A stretch of DNA of 64,000 nucleotides from Eledone cirrhosa (Eukaryota): positions 101,370,001 through 101,434,000 of the forward strand of contig OZ024742.1 in assembly GCA_964016885.1 (NCBI GenBank). The letters are read 5' to 3'. Below, in pieces: positions 10,948 through 24,327 of this stretch (position 1 is its first letter; every line of letters begins with the position of its first letter). The translations under genes were made by a program, and so were the position numbers. The notes below the pieces were generated by a model that searched no databases, was not told the DNA's origin, and saw nothing but the letters and a program-made list of their open reading frames with translations.

Positions 10948-13900
10948 GTAAGTATAAATTAGTTTTTGTCTCCATATCTATTGTACACAACAGCTATCCT
11001 TTATCCTTGACCCTTTTGATAGCAATCCACCTGAAACTGACTCTGATTTTATTATATAAAAACTACACATTTTAAATTAAAACTTTCCATAATCTTATGC
11101 AACAGCCTTTTTATTAATATTCCAAACATCAGCTGAACCCTTTTGATACCAACCTGGTGAAAACCAGCTCTGGTCCTCTGAAACAAAAGCACTCATTTTA
11201 AAGGGTTCCTATTTAAATTAAGACACACTTTTATATGAAAATTACATTACAAATCGGTATAATGAAATAATTTTAATAAACCCCGTCACATTCTTCATTA
11301 ATAAATTGAAAAAGTGTATTTTGTTAGGAATATGGCCACAAAAGCATAAAGGAAAAAGTTGGCTAGATTACTAAATTCCTTCATTCTTCACTATTATCAA
11401 AAATAATTGAAACTCATGAACCATGTATTTCTTTAGAAATATGGTAACAAAAAGGTTAAATTGCTAATTTAGTTTTCTAATCGGTATGTTACTTGTCTTT
11501 ATAGGTCAGGAAACTAATTTAGTGCCAAAATTATCTATTTAATGCTTTAACTAAGCAGATTGACCAGCAAAATTTGGTACCTTACATTAAAAAAGTGAGG
11601 ATTGGCATCAGGAAGAGCATCCAGCTGTAGAATTCTCTCAAAAAATCTTCCAACCTATGCCAGAATGGAGAAGCAGTCATAAAAAAAACAATGCTGTAGC
11701 ACAAACAGTAGATAAGCTGTTAATAGCTGGCTTAGCCACTGACTTACGCAACACTTGTGACAGGCCATAAACCCTCTGAATAACACATCAATTAGCTAGT
11801 TTATCTTTAACTTATAGACACATTCAATTTGTGAGTTTACCCCTAGTTTTTGATATTCCATTGGATGAAAAATTAATTAGCATTTGTTCCAGCTCACTAT
11901 GCACTGAGCTGAAATCTTGCCAAAGTCAACTTTGCCTTTCAATAAGGTTCCAGGAGAGGGTGTCAAAACGATGTTGATGATTTGTTATAAACCTTATATC
12001 TTATTACCTTTGTCTGTCTTTAACAGCTGTTGCCTAATTATGTCTTGTAAACTTTATCTTTCAGCACCTTTGTGTGTCCAACAGAAATTACTGGCTTTAG
12101 TGACAGAGTGGAAGAATTTAAAAAAATCAACTGTGAAGTAGTTGCTTGTTCTACTGACAGCCATTATTCCCATCTGGCTTGGTAAGTGGTTCCTAAATTG
12201 AGTTTTTTTTCTCACTTATTCTTGTGATTGATATAATAATGAAATTGTGTACTGTGCTCAGCTGCACTACAATAAATATATATATATATATATATATATA
12301 AAAAGGGACGATATGATCCTTCAGTTGTGTCAAGGCACAACCACCTTTCCAGCTGTAGAAAGCTTACCAAACAAAGGGTCAAGACACAAAATAACTCCAG
12401 TTCTGTCGAAGGCATGACAATCTCCTCATTGCTGATCCTTGATAAAACACTCCTAGTACACTCTGCAAAGTATGAGACTGTTTGTAAATAACACTTCTTA
12501 TCCACAGTTATGCCAATAATTTTCAAAATAATCATATTACTAGTTATATTATTGTTTGTTATAACAACTCAAGACTGAAAAATGTAAATAATAAACACTG
12601 GCATAATTTGAACTCAGATACATGCAGAAATGCAGTATAACTTTTGTAAACTGAGCATACTGAGTGTACTGAGTGTATTTTATTGACACCACCACCACTA
12701 CTACTTTATAGAGTGGAGTGTGTGCGGATTAATGTACCAGTACTACAGAAGTAATTATTGCCTTAATTAAAATGCAATAAGGAAAAAAATGTAGTTTAGT
12801 TAGGATGGTGTTTTGAGGAGATTCGTGTAGTAACTGCTAACCTTTTTCTTATCTTTCTCTCTGCAGGATCAATACACCCCGGAAACAAGGTGGTTTGGGT
12901 GAAATGTCAATCCCTCTCTTGGCTGACAAGGGTCAACAAATTGCAGCAAATTACGGTTGTTTGAAGGATGATGAGGGAATTGCTTTCAGGTAACTAATTT
13001 TGGTTTTTATCATGCCATTAAAATATTGTTCAGTGGTGTTTCCAACTTTACAATAGATGGTATTAGAATACATTCATAACTCTAGAATATCTTTACTACA
13101 ATCTCCATTCATAACTCTAGATGGCCTACAATACCTCTACTACAATGTCCATTCATAACACAAAACTACCTTCAGTTCCCCTACTGTTATTTACAGTACC
13201 TCCACTACATTCACAATAGACATAGTAAAATGATGTAGCACTGAGCTCTCACAGGTTCTACATTTTTTCTACAGAAGGAAACATTGTACAAACAACTTTA
13301 GGCTGGTTGACTCTTGGTTTAATGCCACCACCTGGTTCTGTTACCATTAGCAGAGCTCAGTCTGTTGCAAAGATTTACACCAGGACTCCAGTTTAAGGCT
13401 CCCTTCATCCTCCTCCTCCTCTCTCACACTAGTCTCAGGGGCTCAGAAAAGGTTATAGGCACTACCTTTACTTCAGTAAGTAAATTGTAGAAGAAAAAAA
13501 AGCTAGCCCTGCTTCAGCCACCAAACTTTTCATAACTATAAGGTGCCCAATGTATTTGGATAGTGAACTATCCATGTATATCTTAGTCTGTGTGTATCAT
13601 AGTTTTTATGTAGAATAGATGATACATTGTATTTCAGCAAGTTGTAAAAAGGGGCTAAAAGATTTGGAAGCAGGCAGAACATCCAGCCATAAAAAAAGAT
13701 ACCTCAAAAACTTACATCCAACCCATGCCAACTTGGAAAACCTAATCTAAAAATGATGAGGATGGGTGTAGTGGAGGGTGCAAATAGGAAAAAGTGGAGA
13801 GGTTTGTTATGGTACTTCATCATCACTGTTTTACGTCCATTCTTCTACGCTAGCATGGGTTAGATGGGTTGTCCTGTTGTGGGCAGTATCCAGTCGGCTG

Positions 13901-16900
13901 ACCTTGTCTTGCTCATACGGGAACTGACTCTGGCTTGATTTCTACAGCTGGATGCCCTTCCTAACACCAACCTCATTTACAGTGAGTGCTGGGAGCTTTT
14001 TTTCCGTGGCGCCTACAAGTCCACTTTACAGCGTGGGCTGGGTGCTTTTTTTTGCTGTGGCACCTCCACGACCACTTCACAGTGGGAGCATATTGTCTAT
14101 ATGCTTCAGCTTCGGCTTTGTACCCATGGGAAGTTGGGTCTTCTGTATCATTACATAACGCCAGAGGTCACGGTCATTTGTCATTGCCCTTGAGAGGTGC
14201 AAAAGGCTAAATCCTGCTTTTTCATGGAAAATGTCCTTAAAACACTAGTTTGTTTTAGTTGTAGTTGAAATATTTGGGGATTTTGAAGTTTCATTCTTTG
14301 GTTGTTTGATTATTTTAATTTTTTTGTTTTTTGTGTTTCAGGGGTCTATTTATCATTGACGGCAAAGGTTATTTGAGACAGATAACTATTAATGACCTTC
14401 CTGTTGGTCGATCAGTTGATGAGACACTGCGTTTAGTCCAAGCATTCCAATTCACAGATGAACATGGTGAAGGTAAAAACCCTTGAAGTTTTAGTTTCTC
14501 TCTTTCTTTCTCGTTACATTTGTTGGTCTTTAAAGATTCTCCAACCACCCAATGGTATATGTGCCATTCATATAAAATAAACTGGGTCTGTCTTTGATTT
14601 GTTAGAATTAGACATTCCTTGAGATGTAACCTATGCAACTCAACCATTTAATATTAGAACAATTTAAATAGTAAAATACTTATCCTTAACTTATATAAAG
14701 ATAGGTGTTTATAAGAAGACGGGTAAACTTATTGTCATAATCCTTTTGACACTAAACTGCTTCTGATTCTATGATATAAAACTCCTCATTTTAAAATCTT
14801 CATGATTATATTAAATCCTTCCATTATAATTTTTATTGAAGAAATTTTGTTTAGTAATGTTCTAAATATCAGCTTATTAATGAAAAACTGATTTTATTAA
14901 ATCTCTCCAAATATTTATTTTCCAAATTGAAACACAGGCAATGTATTTCATTGGAAATATGGTAACAAAAGGGTTGTTACAAACCCCAGCTTAATAATAA
15001 AAAAGTTATCCTACTAAATTCCTCAATCTTTGATTATTTTCAAAATTAATTAAAATACATCACCATATTGCATTAGAAATATGATGATGAAAACTAACCA
15101 TTCTTTTGTTACCAAATTTCTTAAGACATTCAAATAATTTAGAAAATAATCTTTAGAGTGATTTAAGTAAAGTAAGTTTTTCCTTAAGTTAGTGTATGAA
15201 ATATAACTTAACAAAGGTTCTTAGATGGAAGGATTTAAGATAAATATTTTATAACAGTTTTGTATTGTAGAATCAGGGTCAGTTTCAAGCAGTTTGCTGT
15301 CAAAATTGTTCGGTTTTTTGTTTTTTTTTCAAAATACTCAAAACTTTCCATTACCCGTTTCTAATAAAAAAAAAATAAAAAAAAAAAAAATAAAAATAAA
15401 AAAAACACTGCCTATGATTTTGGAAATAATCAATTAAGACTTGAGAAATTCAGTAATATAACTTATTCATTAAGTTGGTGTTTGAAGCATAGGTTCATAA
15501 GACAAACCTTTGTATTGTAGAATCCATAGCGATTTCAGACAGTTTGGTATCAAAAGCATTGTTTCAATATCCCACACCCTATACAGTGATACTGAATATC
15601 TTTTATTTTGAATGTTCAAATGTTTTACTGTAGATTTTTATACACTTTTTAATGAAGTTTCCCAACTGCCGTTGGTTCTATTCTAGCTGGTGACATCATA
15701 AATCCTCAAACACAACCTTATTGTGGTCTTCGTGATGCAGTCACTCTCTCCATGTTGGTGTGTGGGTCTTTACATTTTTTTCTTCTTCCCTCTAGATGTT
15801 ATTGCACATATATATAGTGCACTGCTAGTTATTGTTGGATCATGTCCTTTCATTAGAGTAATGCAGTCTGTGATATATATTGTACACTGATATCTGATGT
15901 GTATAATACTCTCATCTGTGTACTTCAGTTTTCAACTGTGATATATAATGTGAAGTCTCTGTTTTAGTTCTGTAAACCTGGCTCTTGGAGACCAGTGAAC
16001 ATATCCTTTTACTGGTTTCAATTATTGAGCTAGAATAAGGATAGGATGAAAGAAGTTTAAAGAACTGCTCCCACCATTGACAACAAGGTTTCTCCCTATG
16101 TATAAAAGGAAGGCACTAAGACGCCTGTGTGTGTGTGTGCGCACAATGTTGCATAGTAGTGAAACCTGGGTTGTCACTACAGAGGACGTGCATAGACTGG
16201 AGAGAAATGAAGCAACCATGTTTTGTTGGTTGTCAAATGTAAATGTGAGAGAAAAGCAGAGCTTGGACGAGCTGATAGAGAAGCTGGGCTTAAGAGGAAT
16301 CCAAGCTCTACCTTTCTCTGTATGAGATCCCAGGAAATAGTTGAAATTCTCTAAATTGGTTGGCTCTACTGCTGTATTCCACAACTTAGGAACTGTTTTC
16401 CTGTTTCATGAAACAGATGTAATGAAGCAAACATGTTTGTTGGTTTGAGCCAGCTCTCACAATTCTAATAGCAGACACCATATATGCACAGCAATCACAG
16501 ACAGTTGATACAGATATTAACTAGTTACAATTCCAACAGCAGATGATCAGACATCTAATGCAGATATTGTCAGCTAGTCATGATTTCAACAGCAGACCTG
16601 TGCTGGCTCCTATCATTGTGTATCCACAGCATTGAGAACAGAGGCTGCTCATGCATGATCAGACATCTAATGCAGATACTGTCAGCTAGTCATGATTTCA
16701 ACAGCAGACCTGTGCTGGCTCCTATCATTGTGTATCCACAGCATTGAGAACAGAGGCTGCTCATGCGTGATCAGACATCTAATGCAGATACTGTCAATGG
16801 GTCACCATTCCAATGGTAGTCACTAGATATTAGCTCAAAATCTGATTTGATAATACCAGTCCATGTTTTCAACTGTCCATATCGTTGTTTATGCCATGCC

Positions 16901-19900
16901 AGAAAAGGCTCGGGGACAACTGCCTTGTGGACGTGGTCACTTCGCAGTCATCAGTATGTGATCAAACCAATGGAGGCATGTTTTGAGTATTTTTTGCGGG
17001 GGAATTGATCCAACAGCAACAAATTTTGGAATGAGGCACAAAATCCAATGTATGAACAGTTTTTCACCACTTTTGCCATTATTGAATCCTCCAACTTATG
17101 TAAATCTGCTACTTTCATTGATCACACCTTGCTGCCATATAGAATAACCATGTCTTGCTCATACAGAACTCATTCTGGCTTGGTTTCTATGGCTAGATGC
17201 CCTTCCTAACACCAACCACATTTACAGGGTGGGCTGGATGCTTGTTGTCATGGCACCAACATAACCACTTTACTGGGGCCTGGGGTGTAAGGTCATGTGT
17301 GAAGGATGGAGTGTTAAGACGTGGGATATGTATGGTAGGGGGTAAGGGTAAAGTGTTGCATACGTGATGTATGCTTCAACCCGTGCTCAGGCGAGATGCC
17401 TTGGCTGCATTGATCTTCATGTCAACATGTACAGGTGATTGACTGTAAATTCATGAGATCATTCATTTCTTTACACCTCCTTAATTTCAATCCTTACCAA
17501 CCCTTAAGTGTTCATCTCAATTACAAAGCACAACCATTAGTTTCCCTAGCCCTGTTTTTTTATATCACTGATCTTTATAGCCTCATATGTCTCTCTTCGT
17601 TAACTGAACTTTATTAATCCTTTAACATATGTCGCTTATATATATATATAGCAAATGCGCATCTCCTTAAATGTATAATCTATATTAGCTATAGACTGTT
17701 TCACCTCAGTACTGAGTAAATGTTACTGAAGATAAACAGTTTGGTATCCTCACATGGCTACATCACAGCTTAAAATACCCAAGCAAGATTTATGTATGTT
17801 TATTATGCATAATAAACATCTTTTTTATATATGCCCCTTATGATATCACACTGATCAATCGCTTAACCTGTGTCTCCGTTTTAACTAATCTATATTGACC
17901 TTAAGGATTACGCAGCACTGGAAGTGTTTGAAATTTTAAAATGTGAGCCCCAAACATGGAAAATGACTGTAATTACAGTTCTTCATTATAAATAATAAAG
18001 ATAATTGCTCTTAGAAGGAAAAAAAGTGGATAGAGATGTCTGCGTTATTTATCCAGTTTTTTCAACTATTATCTATAATGATCGACTGTTATTAGTTATT
18101 GTGTTTGGGACTTTCTCATTTTTAAACTGATGTATATTGAAATCATGTTAATAATCAATCACTTGCCTCGTATCTCTCCCTATTTTAACTGATCAATATT
18201 GCTATCATCCATGATCATATTTTATTAATTATCATTTTTGTCCATGTCTGTTGATTTTAAATGAAAATTATATTTTAAAATTAGAAAGATGTTAATTTTT
18301 AGTAACTTTTCTGTTTAGGCCATGTAGTTTTGTTTTTCAATCTCCCAAGTAAACAATATTAAATTAACTATGATTTTTATATAAATTTTTTTTCTTTAAA
18401 ATCCTCCAAACCAGTATTTTTGAGATACCAATAGTTACTGCTCTCTGTCCATCTCTAAGCCAGTTAAGACAGCATTTTAGAAGTAATTCTGAAACGGGCT
18501 TCAGTTATGAATTTATATCTTAATCTATGCTTTGAATGTGGTTCGTGTTAAGAAGGGCACCCAGTCGTAGAAACCAAGCCAGAAACAGCTCTGTATGAGC
18601 AAGAGTCATTTGACCTGACTTGACTCAGCCACTACCACCAGGTTTGGGACACACTCCACCCTATAAGACTATAGTGCTGGTGCTACAATGAAAATCACCA
18701 CACAATCAAGCTTGAATGTGGTTGTGCCAGGATCACTTGGAATATTTAAGTTTAAGGAATTACTCTTGGAAAAACAACTTCATAGTTATAAAATATTTGT
18801 AGTTAGAATCTTTAACTCTGCCCTCTATTTGGCCAGGTCATTGATCTATCATAGATGTTGATATATTTATAGACAACTTTAGTTTTCTGTAATGTTCTAG
18901 TTATGTTTTAACTAATTTTCAGATATTTAGTTCTTTAAATACAACCATGTCACTCCTCTTTAGTTTGTTTCAGCCATTACAATTATGGCTGGAGCAGGGT
19001 TCATTTAGGAATTTGTCTTTTGCAATTCTTTAACACTTTTTAGCGCCTTTTATGGTGGTATGTTCAGCATGGTTTTGTTATGTGGGTTTTTTTTTATGTA
19101 ATTAGCTAAGATATTTTAATATTAATAAATATTTGCTTTTGATAGAAAATATTTAGCACCATTATCTGGCTAATTATCTTGAAAGTAAATATTTGCTTGC
19201 TAATTGCTGTTTTCACTGCTATAACTGCTAGTTATGTTGTCTGTTACATCTCACTTTTGTTATTGCCATATCTAAGGCAGTGGATTGGCAGAATTGTTAG
19301 AGCATTGGACAAAATGCTTTGTGGTACATAGTTACATCTATGTTCTGTCATAATTGACTTTCTTTCATTCTTCTGGGTTGGTTAAAGTATTAAAGTCAAT
19401 ATTATTGACTTCCCCTTCCCCACAAATTGCTGACCGTGTACCTAAATTACTGCAATATTTGTATATTTAGAGTTAGCAGATTTGACTTTATGTAGTGTAA
19501 AATGGACTTGTAAAACCTGTAGACTACATTTTGAAATAAAACTTAACCCTTTTGTGACATTATTTCTAACAAGAATAAACTGTATTTGTGCTTTATAAAA
19601 ATAATCAATTATGAGAAATTTAGTGAAATAACTTTCAACTTCATTCTTTCTAACATTGGTACAAAGCCATCAATTTTGAGGGAAGAGAAAGTCAATTGTA
19701 TTGACTCTAATACATGACTGGTACTTTATTTTATTGACCAGAAAGAAGGCAAAGTTGACTGTCAGGATTTTAACTCGGAACCATAAACACGACTAAACAA
19801 TTATTCAACACTGGCTCTGCCCTAATTTTCAACTTGATAAAAGACAAAAATTTAACTTTTGAAATCTAAAACTTTCGTAATAATGAGATTTCAGTTTGAG

Positions 19901-22734
19901 GTTTCAAATTATAATTTGAATACTTTAATAGAGATGGTTTTGATCAGGTTGGAGTTTAAAGGGTTAAAAAAAATGGCTTATAATTTGTAAGTTTTATATA
20001 ATTTTCTTACTAATAGTGATTAGATTTTTTTTTTTTTAACCTTGCAGGAAGAGAATGGAAAGAAAAGTGTTATAAAACATAAGGAAGCTGTACATGTGAA
20101 TGTTTGCTTGTCTACCTGTACATCCTCCTCTCTGAGGAATGGTGGCCTTCAAATTGCTTTCTCTCCCACATTATTTGCACTTCGTATTTTAGGTACCTTT
20201 GGTGGTGCTTGTAATGTGTAAGCTTCTTTGTATTCCTTCACAAACACTTTTTCCTGGCCAATTGCACTGCAATATCTCATGTGAATTTGTTTGATATATG
20301 AAAGTGGAGTTATTTTAATTCTGCTGTGGTGCTGGTTTATGGCAGTCATAGGTAAACTGCAGATTATTTAGCTTTAAATGGCACAATTAAAAGTTACCTT
20401 GAATTTTTTTTAGTAGTGCAACCCACCTAATGAGCTATATGGTGACCCATTATTCATAGAAGGTTGCATATGCCTGATCTATAGTAAATATACTGGATTG
20501 TTTACCTAGTTCTGGTTAACCATGATTACTCTGGTGGTGGATCCTCTGTTAGTTCCAATAATTAGCATTCAGTTGTTTGATCAGCCAAACAACCAATTTG
20601 TGAATTAAAATGTAAGTAGTTGAGTATTCTAAATGTATATTCATGTAAATCTGTCAAAATCAATGCAACACAATGACAAAGCTAGACATTTGAATTACAG
20701 GTATATTCCTGACAGGCTCCCATAGTTTCCAGGTCGACCCAAGCTTTGTGAGTAAAATTGGATAAATAGAAAAGCCCATCAGATAAATTGTACCTGCAAT
20801 TCAATAGCTTGGCTTTGTCAGTGTTCTGCTAATCCAACTTGAGAATTACATTGACTACACTATCTATGGAATACTCAACCACATGCTAGACATTTAGTTG
20901 ATCAACAACTGAATGGTTAATGTTATCTTATTGCATTCAGTAATTTTGAAAAGCATCTATCTGTATTAACCTTTTTAATACCAAACTGCCCCTGATTCTG
21001 TAATACAAAACTTTATATTTATCTAAAAACCTTCCATCATAATTTTATGTACACACCTTTTAAGTTATGTTCCAAACACCAGTTTAATGAGAAAGTTAGC
21101 TATATTACTAAATTGTTTCCAATTTTTGATTATTTTCAAAACTATTTGAAAATCATAAATAGTATGATAAAGCAGAAAAAGGTAAAGACATAATTGGGGG
21201 CATCCAGTGATCAAACGTCAGTGAAGTTGGAAGCTTGTACAAAACAAGATGGCACGAGAAAGAGATAAAATTTGAGTGTCTTGTATCTTTTTTTACAATT
21301 TTTTACCTTTTTGATACCAAAACACCCAAAACCGTTTTTATTTTTATCTGAAATTTTCCATCATAATTTTGTTAAGTTTCAAACATCAGCTTAATAATTA
21401 AAAAAATTATATTACTAAAGTTTTACAAATTCTTAATTTTTTTTTTCAAAATTATTTAACATGCAATCTTCTGTTAAAAATATGGTAAAAGATTGAAAAT
21501 TATATTTAAAACAAATGAAATAAAGAAATTCTAATGTTAGCAGTATGGGTGGTGGGAGGTATTTATTTTTTTTTTTTTTTCATGGTTTGTTTTACTATAT
21601 TTTTATATTTTGTGATTCTTTGTTATAGGATTCCAAGATAGTGTATTAAATTATATTCACGGAGGTGCCATCAGCTGTTCCTATCTGAGATAAACACAGG
21701 GCCCAAGCATTTCTGGTTTGTGGGGTTATGCCAAACAGCCAGATTTGTCCTACCCATGATAGCAGCTGAGACCACTATGAAGATTGTCTCAACACTTCTT
21801 TGTCCAAGAAGTTCAGGCTATTTTTATGTTTGGTGCCCATGACGAAATAGGTTGTATGGTGGGCAAGATTGAAAAGGCTGAAGTGGGACACTTTACTCTT
21901 TGGCCAAGCCTTCATAGACTTGTTCAAATTTTGCATGAAAAGGAAATTGAAGATAGAGGGAAGTGGTGCCTTCCAGCAAATTTGTTGAAAGGTGGATAAG
22001 TGACAAGCATGGACTGAGTGAACGGACCTGCACACGCTTTAGTGTTCAGTGTAATTTTTTTTTTCCACTAGTAACCCTCTGAAATTTCTTCTGTTCAGTA
22101 AATTTCTTGAATTTTTAAATTTTATCACTTTTGTGGTGTTTGTGTTCATTTTTATACATTTTCAAGTAAATTCATACTGTATCAATCTTTTTACAAACAC
22201 TTGTGCTTAATAAGAAAATTATTATTAGAGTGGTGGATTGGCAAAGTTAAGGCATCAGAAGGTCTTTGTGGTTTTTTGTTTTTTTTATGTTCTGTGTTCA
22301 AATCTCGCCAAGGTCAACTTGGACATTCATCTTTCCAGAGTCAATAAAATAGTACCAGTTTAGTACTTGGGTCAATTGAATCAACTTTTCCTTCACCCAA
22401 AATTGCTAGCCTGGTACCAATATTAGAAATCATTATCATTATGGTGTATTTGCAGAATCATTAGAACATTGTACAAAGTGCATTGAGGTGTCCAGTTACA
22501 GCCTTCTGTTCTAAGTTCAACCTGTGTCAAGATCAACTTTACCTTTCATTTCCAGGAGTTGATATAATCTACTGTTCTCTTTCCCCAGAAAATTGCTGAC
22601 CTTAAGCCTAAATTAGAAACCATCATATTTTTTTTTATTTTTGTTTTTCAGTGTGTCCAGTTGGGTGGAAGCCTGGAAGTAACACCATGAAACCTGACCC
22701 TAAAGGCAGCAAGGATTACTTTAAAAAGATGTGA
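10820..22734 (+). CDS. PRDX: Typical 2-Cys peroxiredoxin (Prx1/AhpC class), spliced CDS join(10820..10947,12065..12181,12867..12989,14342..14472,22652..22734), 582 nt, 193 aa
   Basis: All introns are GT-AG and phases are compatible. The translation has [14 protein letters not shown] (peroxidatic Cys), [17 protein letters not shown] (resolving Cys) and YF. No targeting peptide follows the ATG, so it is cytosolic PRDX1/2-like; exact orthology is not determined. Confidence 0.96.
12065..12181 (+). CDS. PRDX: Peroxiredoxin coding exon 2 (FTFVCPTEI...SHLAW)
   Basis: Acceptor tttcag, donor gtaagt, 117 nt; contains the peroxidatic Cys. Confidence 0.96.
12867..12989 (+). CDS. PRDX: Peroxiredoxin coding exon 3 ([11 protein letters not shown]...GIAFR)
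   Basis: Acceptor ctgcag, donor gtaact, 123 nt; GGLG motif. Confidence 0.96.
13818..14200 (-). mobile_element. 3' end of an RTE LINE, same family as 7970-10310
   Basis: Closely similar to 7978-8360. Confidence 0.88.
14342..14472 (+). CDS. PRDX: Peroxiredoxin coding exon 4 (GLFIID...TDEHGE)
   Basis: Acceptor tttcag, donor gtaaaa, 131 nt; [11 protein letters not shown] motif. Confidence 0.96.
16025..16305 (+). mobile_element. RTE LINE C-terminal ORF fragment
   Basis: [10 protein letters not shown]...MLHSSETW...RLERNEA. Confidence 0.8.
16544..16796 (+). repeat. Tandem duplication, 112-bp unit x about 2.3
   Basis: tgatcagacatctaatgcagata recurs at 16544, 16656 and 16768. Confidence 0.92.
22652..22734 (+). 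CDS. PRDX: Peroxiredoxin last coding exon ([27 protein letters not shown])
   Basis: Acceptor tttttcag at 22651, resolving Cys in VCP, YF motif, TGA at 22732-22734. AATAAA hexamers follow near 22850 and 23090. Confidence 0.95.
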
Positions 22735-23149
22735 ACTAAGGACTTTCTCTTGACTAAATGACACCCATTTGTGACTGACTTCAATTAGAGTTCAAGGTCC
22801 CTTCAAATTATATTTGCTTTGTCTGGGTTAGTGTTTGGAAATTAAAATAATAAATCAATAAAAATAGATCATAAAATATTAATAAATTCCCAAATCTGAT
22901 TTTTATTAAAATATTTTCTATTTTTGTGTTTGGAGCCAAATATTCAGTTATACCTTCATTAGTAGAAGATCCAGTTTCACACATGCACACTTGGCAGATA
23001 ACAACTGCTAATTTCATCAAACATTTCCACCCTTTCACCTCTGTTAGAGATCCTCATATCTATTTTGTATGCAATTTGCATTAGAAAAAATAAAATTGAA
23101 ATCGAAAGACTCCCTGAATTTGTTTATTTTTAAAAATTTCCTTTGCTTT

Positions 23150-23522
23150 ACTCTTTAACATTTACATTACTATATTTACTATTGTATTTTTGCGGTAAAG
23201 GCTTTCTCACAAAGGATCAAATCTATGAAATTTTGAGAACAGTACCTTAACATCAGTATGAGTGACCAGTTACAACTGGTTTGAACAAAGAGAGAGGTGA
23301 GTTTCTGGACGGATACAGCTGGCTTAACCCTTTAGCATTCAAACCAGCTGTAACTGGTCAAAATTCTCTCACCTCTTTCTGTTCAAACCAGCCCTAACTA
23401 GCCACTTGTACTGATGTTAAGATATTGTTCTCAAAATAAATATCAATATTATGAGAGATATGTGAGGTAAAGCCTTTACTGTGAAAATACAATAGTATAT
23501 ATAGAGTAATGTAAATGCTAAT
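23150..23522. mobile_element. Two inverted, abutting copies of a piggyBac-type MITE (family of 36654-36868)
   Basis: The left half is a diverged reverse complement of the right half; ttaaccctttagcatt terminus at about 23324. Confidence 0.75.
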
Positions 23523-23533
23523 GAAGCCATATA

Positions 23534-24327
23534 CAGGATGCGGACGATATTTGTTCACAAGATTACTGTCTAGGAAAAAATAAGTTTTATTTTTTAAGAT
23601 TTATTTATCAAACTTGGGTCAGTTTGTCTTCATGACTTGTTCTTTCGATCTCACTCGATAAATCCACTATTGGCTTTGATGACGGCCTCAAGGTGGCCTC
23701 GGAACCGGCTACAGGCCTTCGTCACTGTCCTCCGACTTAGGCCCCTAAAGGCACTTGTGATCTTGGCCTTCAGATCGTCTTTGGTATTGCAGCTAGATCT
23801 GTTGGTGTCTCATTCTACTGTGTCCCACACAAAGGAGTCGGGCGAGCTGGGAGGCCAGGTGAAGTGTGGTCGACGAAGTTCTGACAGCCAGGGTTGGGTC
23901 TTTCGGCTGGTATGGCAGGGCGCTGAGTCTTGCTGCCACATGTACGGCCTACCTGCAGCTACCTCGCTCAGAACGCAGATGTAGCCATCGGTGTTCAGCT
24001 TGGGGCCCTCGGGGAAGAAGTGAGGTGGCATGACGTCACCTTGACTGCTGACGACACCTAAGACCAATGTTGTCGCTGGAAACTGTGTCTGCATGACTCT
24101 GGGCACGTCTTTGGATGAGACAGCGAGCCACCTGTTGATCTTCTGGTCTTATTTGTCCTCCCGGCGTGGATTCCACAAATTTGGAGGTTCAAAATTATTC
24201 CTAATTCTGAAAATAAATAATGGAAATATAGTCACTGTTTTTATGAAGACAAGAGTGACAACGGAAGTAAAGAAAAATTTGCATAAAATTAGCAGTTGAA
24301 AATTGCGAACAAATATCGTCTGCACCT

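Noticed and set aside
22732-22761. Stop-codon readthrough creating a peroxisomal peroxiredoxin isoform
   Set aside because: The context is TGA-ACT, not TGA-CTAG, and the extension (TKDFLLTK*) has no PTS1
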